Source: Burkholderiales bacterium
Lineage (GTDB): Bacteria; Pseudomonadota; Gammaproteobacteria; Burkholderiales; SG8-41
Direction: 5' to 3'
NCBI GenBank assembly: GCA_035620515.1
Contig: DASPGR010000323.1
Coordinates: 1-51,793, forward strand
Length of the DNA stretch: 51,793 nt
Part shown: positions 45,181 through 51,793 of the stretch, piece by piece
Layout of the letters: each line of letters opens with the position of its first letter
How positions within the stretch are numbered: the first letter of the stretch is position 1
Notes under the pieces: generated by a model
Databases searched by the model: none
Seen by the model: the letters and a program-made list of their open reading frames with translations, nothing else
What the model was told of the DNA's origin: nothing
Made by a program: the position numbers and the translations under genes

Positions 45181-46140
45181 GTGGTTCGCGGAAGCAGCTC
45201 GGCGCGACGCTCACCGCTCAAGCCTCTCCGCTCGAAAACCGGGACTGACGCGGCAATAGCGCAGCGATTACGCACCGTCGGTTCGCTCGTGCGCTACGGC
45301 GCCCGCCGATTCCGGCGCGCGCGTCTCGCTTTCGGGCACGGCACGTTCAGCGCTGCCGAGGAGGCTACATGGCTCGTGTCGCATGTGCTCAAGGAGGCGC
45401 CCTGGGCGGTGCACCCTGCGCGATCGGACAGGGTATTGCCCGCCGCTGAGAAGCGAATACGGGCACTCTTCGATCAGCGCATCCGGGAGCGTATACCGGC
45501 CGCCTATCTGATGCGCGAAGCCTGGCTGGGGGGGCTGCGCTTCTACGTCGACCAACGCGTCATCATTCCCCGCTCCCACATCGCAGCGCCGTTGCGGGAG
45601 GGCCTCGAGCCCTGGATACGAGACCCGGACAGAATTCGATCGGTGCTCGACCTGTGCACGGGTTGCGGCAGCCTTGCCATCCTCGCAGCACGTGTGTTCG
45701 CGCACGCCCGGATCGATGCAGCCGACATCTCCCCGGAGGCTCTCGCGGTAGCGCGAAAGAACGTGAGCGCCCATCGGCTTCGCCACCGGATCCGGCTGGT
45801 CGAGTCGGACCTGTTTACGAAGCTGGGCGGCCGCTGCTATGACCTGATCCTCTGCAATCCGCCGTACGTCACGGCCTCGAGCATGCGGCGCCTGCCGCCC
45901 GAGTACCGCCACGAGCCCAAGATCGCGCTGGCCGGGGGGGCCGATGGGCTGGGCCTCGTGCGGCGCGTGATGGCGGAGGCGGGCGGGCATCTGAAACCGA
46001 ACGGCTTGCTGGTCATGGAGGTCGGACGCGGCCGCAAGGGCGTGGAGCGGGCGTTTCCGGCAATTTCTTTCATCTGGCCCGACGGCGCTCCCGGCAGCGC
46101 GGTGTTCGTCCTGGAGCGCAGGGCGCTCGCCCGTCAGTGA
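45181..46140 (+). CDS. prmB: 50S ribosomal protein L3 N5-glutamine methyltransferase
   Basis: 319 aa with a GTG start (uncertain). Has AAYLMREAWLGGLRFYVDQRVIIPRS, the SAM motif VLDLCTGCG and the catalytic NPPY. Confidence 0.88.
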   Translation: MVRGSSSARRSPLKPLRSKTGTDAAIAQRLRTVGSLVRYGARRFRRARLAFGHGTFSAAEEATWLVSHVLKEAPWAVHPARSDRVLPAAEKRIRALFDQRIRERIPAAYLMREAWLGGLRFYVDQRVIIPRSHIAAPLREGLEPWIRDPDRIRSVLDLCTGCGSLAILAARVFAHARIDAADISPEALAVARKNVSAHRLRHRIRLVESDLFTKLGGRCYDLILCNPPYVTASSMRRLPPEYRHEPKIALAGGADGLGLVRRVMAEAGGHLKPNGLLVMEVGRGRKGVERAFPAISFIWPDGAPGSAVFVLERRALARQ

Positions 46141-46940
46141 GGCGGCAGCAGGTCAAGGGAAGCGAGAAGCTCCCGGGTACGGCGCGGTGAGAGCTCGAGG
46201 TACTGGCCGCGCCGCAGCTCGCGCGGCAGCTCTAACGGCCCGAAACGAACGCGGATCAAACGGCTCACGGCATGCCCAAGTGCCTCGAACATGCGCCGCA
46301 CGACGCGGTTGCGTCCCTCTTTTATGGCAAGTCGATACCAGTGATTGGCACCCTCCCCGCCCCCGTCACGCACCCATTCGCACCGGGCCACGCCATCCTC
46401 CAGCCGCACGCCGGTGGCAAGGAGCCCCAGTTCGCGAGCGTCAAGGCGCCCCCGGACCCGCACTGCATATTCGCGCGCGAGCCCGTAGCGCGGGTGCATC
46501 ATGCGATTGGCGAGCTCGCCCGAGGTGGTCAGGACCAGCAGACCCAACGTATTGAAGTCCAGACGGCCGACGGAGAGCCACTTTGCGCCGCGCACCGGGG
46601 GCAGGTGCTGGAAAATGCTCGCCCGGCCCGCCGGATCCTCCCGGCTGACGATCTCGCCCTCCGGCTTGTGGTAGAGCAACACGCGCGGCAGACGCGGCTC
46701 GAGCGGCCGGCGCAGCGCCTTGCCTTTGACCCTGATCGCATCGCGCGGTCCGACGCGGGTTCCCACGCCGGCGGCTACGCCATTGACCGTCACCTCGCCC
46801 GCCCGCACCAGGACTTCCATCTCCCGGCGCGACCCGAGCCCGGCATCCGCCAGCACCTTCTGCAGCTTCTGCGTTGCGCCTGTCGCAATCCGCGCCGCTG
46901 CGGAGGGCGAGGGAGTCGGCCGGCGCTTCCACTCAGACAT
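46134..46940 (-). CDS. rluB: 23S rRNA pseudouridine synthase RluB-type (RsuA/RluB family)
   Basis: Track ORF trimmed to MSEWKRRP... (268 aa). S4 domain [15 protein letters not shown] and catalytic [14 protein letters not shown]. The start overlaps the recR stop (ATGTCTGA). Confidence 0.88.
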   Translation of the reverse strand: MSEWKRRPTPSPSAAARIATGATQKLQKVLADAGLGSRREMEVLVRAGEVTVNGVAAGVGTRVGPRDAIRVKGKALRRPLEPRLPRVLLYHKPEGEIVSREDPAGRASIFQHLPPVRGAKWLSVGRLDFNTLGLLVLTTSGELANRMMHPRYGLAREYAVRVRGRLDARELGLLATGVRLEDGVARCEWVRDGGGEGANHWYRLAIKEGRNRVVRRMFEALGHAVSRLIRVRFGPLELPRELRRGQYLELSPRRTRELLASLDLLPPH

Positions 46941-47529
46941 CGCGCCGTTCCGCCACCGCCTGGGCGAGTGTCCCGCTGTCGACATGCTCGAGCTCCCCGC
47001 CGACCGGCAGTCCCCGCGCAATGCGGGTGACCCTGAGTCCGCGCTCACGCAGCAGCTCTCCCACGTAATGCGCGGTTGCCTCGCCCTCGACCGTGAAGTT
47101 GGTTGCGAGAATGACCTCCCGCACAGTACCGTCCGTGGCGCGCTTCAAGAGCCGGTCGAGATGGATTTCCTTCGGCCCGATGCCGTCGAGCGGCGAGAGC
47201 GCGCCCATCAGCACGAAATAAAGACCGCGATAGCATTGCGCCTGCTCCATGACGAGGACCTCCCCCGGACTCTCGACCACGCACAGCTGCGTCGCGTCGC
47301 GCCGCCCCGATCCGCACAACTCGCAGACAGCCTCCTCGGCGTAGCTGTTGCACTTCTCGCAATGGCGGACGCGCTCCAGCACATCGCCGAGCGCGGCAGC
47401 GAGGCGCCCGGCGCCCGCGCGGTCGCGTTGCAGCAGGTGGTTCGCCATGCGCTGCGCCGAGCGCGGCCCCACGCCCGGCAGGCAGCGCAGCGCAGTGATC
47501 AGCTCCTCGAGCGCGGAAGGCGTCTTCAT
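46933..47529 (-). CDS. recR: Recombination protein RecR
   Basis: 198 aa with Hh[12 protein letters not shown], a C4 zinc finger CEKC...CELC and a Toprim domain. Confidence 0.96.
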   Translation of the reverse strand: MKTPSALEELITALRCLPGVGPRSAQRMANHLLQRDRAGAGRLAAALGDVLERVRHCEKCNSYAEEAVCELCGSGRRDATQLCVVESPGEVLVMEQAQCYRGLYFVLMGALSPLDGIGPKEIHLDRLLKRATDGTVREVILATNFTVEGEATAHYVGELLRERGLRVTRIARGLPVGGELEHVDSGTLAQAVAERRDV

Positions 47530-47537
47530 CCCTCTCT

Positions 47538-47861
47538 TCAGAACGGGAGTTTCATCCCGGGCGGAAGCGGCAATCCGGCTGTCACGCCGGCCATTTTTTC
47601 CTGGACGGTCGCCTCGACGCGCCGGGCCGCATCGTTGAATGCAGCGCAGACGAGATCCTCCAGCATGTCGCGCTCGTCAGCGAGCAGGCGCGGGTCAATG
47701 GTGACCCGGCGGGTTTCATGCTTGCACGTCATCAATACCTTCACCATGCCCGATCCGGCCTGCCCTTCGACTTCCATCTGGCCGAGCTGCTCCTGCACGC
47801 GCTTCATGTTTTCCTGCATGAGCTGCGCCTGCTTCATCAGATTGCCGATCCCGCCTTTCAT
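47538..47861 (-). CDS. ybaB: Nucleoid-associated protein YbaB/EbfC
   Basis: 107 aa: [21 protein letters not shown]. Conserved dnaX-ybaB-recR order. Confidence 0.93.
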   Translation of the reverse strand: MKGGIGNLMKQAQLMQENMKRVQEQLGQMEVEGQAGSGMVKVLMTCKHETRRVTIDPRLLADERDMLEDLVCAAFNDAARRVEATVQEKMAGVTAGLPLPPGMKLPF

Positions 47862-47874
47862 ATCTCCCGCTCCG

Positions 47875-49425
47875 TTACGTAGCCGGCTTGATCGAGGATT
47901 CGATCACCTCGCCGTCAAAGTTCTCCATCAAATCGCGCACAAAAGGATCCTGCTCGATCGCCGCGCACGCCTCGGACTGCCTTTTCTGCTCTGCTCGGTC
48001 GGCAACCGCGGCAGGCGATCCGGCAACCTCCGGGGAAAGCGCGATGACGAGACGCAGGGGGCCGCCGTAGTGACGCTCGAGCGCCGCCTTGAGGCGATCC
48101 TGGTAGGGTCCTTCCAGCAGGTGCTGATGCGCCTGGGCCAGCTTGAGTTCGATCCGCCCGCTCGTGCGCGTTGCCAGCTCACAATGCTGCGCCAGCATTC
48201 GTGCCGCCCCGCCAAGCCCGAGCTGCTCGACGAGCTGGTGCCAACCCGGGTCAGCTGCGTTTTTTTTTGAGTCGTCCGCGCCCGAGGGCCGGGCACCCTG
48301 CGCGGGCCGAGCTGCATCCCGGCGTGTTTCACCGCTCCCCTCGCGCGCGGGGGCAAACGCGCTCATGCGCAGGAGCGTCATCGTGAACCCTGCGTATTCA
48401 TCAGGTGCAAGGCCGAGATCGCTGCGCCCCTGGAGCGCGATCTGGTAATACAGCTGCAAATCCTCGGGGCCGAACTTGCCCGCGAGCTCCTCGAGCGCTG
48501 CGCGATCGGGCTCGCCAGGATCCGCGCCATCCGGAATCTGCTGCCGAAGAGCGAGCCTGTGAAAGAGCGTGCCCAGATCCTGGAGCGCCGTCTCGAACGA
48601 GAGGCTCAACCCCGCCATGCGGTCCGCCTCCGCAATCATGGCCGCGCCGTCGCCGGCGGCAAGCGCGCGCAATATCGCGTAGAGGTGCTCCTGGCCGACG
48701 GTTCCCAGCATGGCCCGGACGGAATCCTGCCCGACCGTGCCCGCCCCATGCGCGATCGCCTGGTCGAGGAGACTCAGCGCATCGCGCACGCTGCCCTGCG
48801 CCGATCGTGAGAGGAGCACAAGCGCCTCCGCGTCGTAACGAACGCCCTCCGCAGCGAGGATTTGCTGCAGCCGCTCCCTGATCTGCTCCCGCGGCACGAG
48901 CTTCAGGTTGAACTGGAGGCAGCGCGAAAGCACCGTGATGGGAATCTTCTGGGGATCGGTCGTCGCGAGAATGAACTGCACATGCTCGGGAGGCTCCTCG
49001 AGCGTCTTCAGCATCGCGTTGAAAGCCGAGCGCGAAAGCATATGGACTTCGTCGATGATATAGACCTTGTAGCGTCCGGCCGTAGGCGCATAGAGCGCGT
49101 TCTCGAGGAGTTCGCGCATGTTGTCGACCTGCGTATTGGATGCCGCATCGAGCTCGATCAGGTCGACGAAGCGCCCGGCGTCGATCTCGAGGCACGCGCT
49201 GCATTTGCCGCAGGGAGTCGCAGAGATGCCCGCCTCGCAATTGAGGGCCTTGGCGACAATGCGTGCGAGCGTGGTCTTCCCCACGCCGCGCGTGCCCGTC
49301 AGGAGGTAAGCGTGGTGCAGCCGCTGCTGATTCAGCGCATTGCTGAGCGCGCGGACGACGTGCTCCTGACCGACAAGCTCACCGAACGTCTTGGGGCGCC
49401 ACTTGCGCGCGAGGACCTGGGTCAC
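47875..49425 (-). CDS. dnaX: DNA polymerase III subunits tau (full length) and probably gamma (by recoding)
   Basis: 516 aa with Walker [10 protein letters not shown], Zn module [10 protein letters not shown] and the SRC motif VLSRCLQF. Confidence 0.96.
   Translation of the reverse strand: MTQVLARKWRPKTFGELVGQEHVVRALSNALNQQRLHHAYLLTGTRGVGKTTLARIVAKALNCEAGISATPCGKCSACLEIDAGRFVDLIELDAASNTQVDNMRELLENALYAPTAGRYKVYIIDEVHMLSRSAFNAMLKTLEEPPEHVQFILATTDPQKIPITVLSRCLQFNLKLVPREQIRERLQQILAAEGVRYDAEALVLLSRSAQGSVRDALSLLDQAIAHGAGTVGQDSVRAMLGTVGQEHLYAILRALAAGDGAAMIAEADRMAGLSLSFETALQDLGTLFHRLALRQQIPDGADPGEPDRAALEELAGKFGPEDLQLYYQIALQGRSDLGLAPDEYAGFTMTLLRMSAFAPAREGSGETRRDAARPAQGARPSGADDSKKNAADPGWHQLVEQLGLGGAARMLAQHCELATRTSGRIELKLAQAHQHLLEGPYQDRLKAALERHYGGPLRLVIALSPEVAGSPAAVADRAEQKRQSEACAAIEQDPFVRDLMENFDGEVIESSIKPAT
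48251..48270 (-). other. dnaX: Candidate dnaX recoding site: A9 run (UCA AAA AAA AAC) with a -1-frame UGA three codons downstream
   Basis: The plus strand shows T9 at 48260..48268. In-frame codons are S386 K387 K388 N389. The -1 frame reads AAA CGC AGC TGA (stop at 48253..48251). Confidence 0.5.
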
Positions 49426-49518
49426 GGGAGTGCAGTGATCGATGAACGATGATCAGTGGCCGGTATTTTAACGCCAACCCTCCCGTCGCACGATCACGGG
49501 TGAGCGGTCACGAAACGC

Positions 49519-50067
49519 TCAAAAGTGGTATTGCAGGCGGATCTGGTGAAAATCGATTCCGTCGTTGGGCTTCTTGACGTCGGCGTTGGAGAGATGCTGA
49601 TAGCTGTAGGAGAGGTCGAAAGCCTTCCGCGCCCCGAAACGGTAGCCGATCCCGAGACGGCTTCCGAACTGAAACGACGTGCTGAAACTCTTGTCGCCCA
49701 GCGACGTCTGGGACAGCAGATGAGCCCCAACGCCGGCCTCCACGTAGGGTCCTTCGAGAACGTTCTTCTGCAGTCGGAAGACCGGGGTCACGCCGAGCTC
49801 GAAGAGATCGCCATTCTGTGCGGCTGTCGCATCGCGCTGCCAGTAGCCGACGCCAACGTCCCAGAATCCGCCGACATGCCAGTCCTTGCCTTGAAACCAG
49901 CGCTGCTTCCAATCCCATTGGAGCGCGACTCTCGCCATCTCGGTGCCGGAGCCGTCGCTCGATCCCGCTCCAACGCCGCCCTGAATCGAGACGCCGTCGA
50001 CGGCCGACGCGGAGCCGCTCGCGATCCCCAGGAGCAAAACCGCGCCGATCATCCACGCGACACGCAT
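49519..50067 (-). CDS. pagL: Lipid A 3-O-deacylase PagL-like outer membrane protein
   Basis: Track ORF trimmed to MRVAWMIGAVLLLGIASGSASA (signal peptide; 182 aa). Small beta-barrel with alternating hydrophobic pattern, an HLSNA His/Ser motif and a terminal aromatic (RLQYHF). Confidence 0.75.
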   Translation of the reverse strand: MRVAWMIGAVLLLGIASGSASAVDGVSIQGGVGAGSSDGSGTEMARVALQWDWKQRWFQGKDWHVGGFWDVGVGYWQRDATAAQNGDLFELGVTPVFRLQKNVLEGPYVEAGVGAHLLSQTSLGDKSFSTSFQFGSRLGIGYRFGARKAFDLSYSYQHLSNADVKKPNDGIDFHQIRLQYHF

Positions 50068-50423
50068 TCGCAACAATTCCTTCCCTGCGCGGACTGCTGC
50101 CGCGCTCGATGACAGGATGGAACGAGGGTGGCGAGCCTTACCCCCGGCACTTGCAGAGAATAGCTGTGGCTGCTTCCTTCCGGACCTGACCAGGTTCACT
50201 ACCGTGCAATGCGGGGAGGCCCGCCGAAATCTGCGATGGAATGCATTATGCACCGGCGTCGGCCGGAGCGCCACTGCGTGACACCTGCCCATGGCTTTAC
50301 AAGTGCCTGGTTTAGTGCTTCCATTTACTCCGCATCAACAATCCCGGAACGCGGTGTGACGTGACGGCTTGTGCGCCGGGTTCAATCCCAATGACGATAC
50401 GGCCAACCTGAGCGGAGGGATGC

Positions 50424-51793
<1,370 letters not shown>

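Noticed and set aside
47928-48356. 142-aa +1-frame ORF across the dnaX A-run as an alternative recoded C-terminus
   Set aside because: The product is a low-complexity Ser/Arg-rich sequence. Unlike the -1 frame, it does not terminate promptly, and it has no precedent that I know of.
49426-49518. Looked for an SRP RNA (ffs) or other small RNA upstream of dnaX
   Set aside because: The spacer is only 93 nt. I could not find the conserved SRP domain IV motifs (GGAA / AGCA loops) or a terminator.
50290-50330. Sigma-54-like TGG-N9-TTCC and sigma-70-like TTTACA elements upstream of acs
   Set aside because: The -12 element is TTCC rather than TTGC, and the -10 partner (TTCCAT) is poor. This is not distinguishable from chance.

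Overview
GC-rich, very gene-dense chromosomal core region. It most likely comes from a betaproteobacterium; that call rests on gene order and protein similarity recalled from memory, since no search could be run. I call about 48 protein genes, almost all housekeeping. In window order they are: (1) a NodB-type deacetylase (partial), a class-III aminotransferase and a 1175-aa fused Fe-S flavoprotein; (2) folD-ftsB-eno-kdsA-pyrG; (3) ppsR; (4) the long conserved envelope/translation cluster rpsB-tsf-pyrH-frr-uppS-cdsA-dxr-rseP-bamA-skp-lpxD-fabZ-lpxA-lpxB-rnhB plus a small membrane protein and a TrmH-family methyltransferase; (5) map-glnD; (6) def, an MTA/MTI-phosphorylase, hpt and a DsrE-like gene; (7) galU-ligA-zipA-smc; (8) queF-dapC-dapD; (9) an orphan pilU and prmB; (10) rluB-recR-ybaB-dnaX; (11) pagL; (12) acs (partial). 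I recognised no rRNA, tRNA, CRISPR array, prophage, defence island or autonomous IS. Four things stand out. First, a 266-bp TA-flanked inverted-repeat (MITE-like) element fills the whole rseP-bamA intergenic space and appears to have inserted into the rseP stop codon. Second, an A9 slippery run in dnaX has an immediate -1-frame stop, which would be a gamma/tau recoding site. Third, there is a very large GltD-like + PyrK-like fusion oxidoreductase with an unassigned N-terminal domain. Fourth, a multi-hairpin leader with GEMM-I-like sequence blocks lies upstream of the orphan pilU. Many long ORFs in the six-frame track are antisense or out-of-frame shadows typical of GC-rich DNA and are rejected. 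I see no convincing multi-gene novel system; the window is essentially ordinary core genome with a few local oddities.
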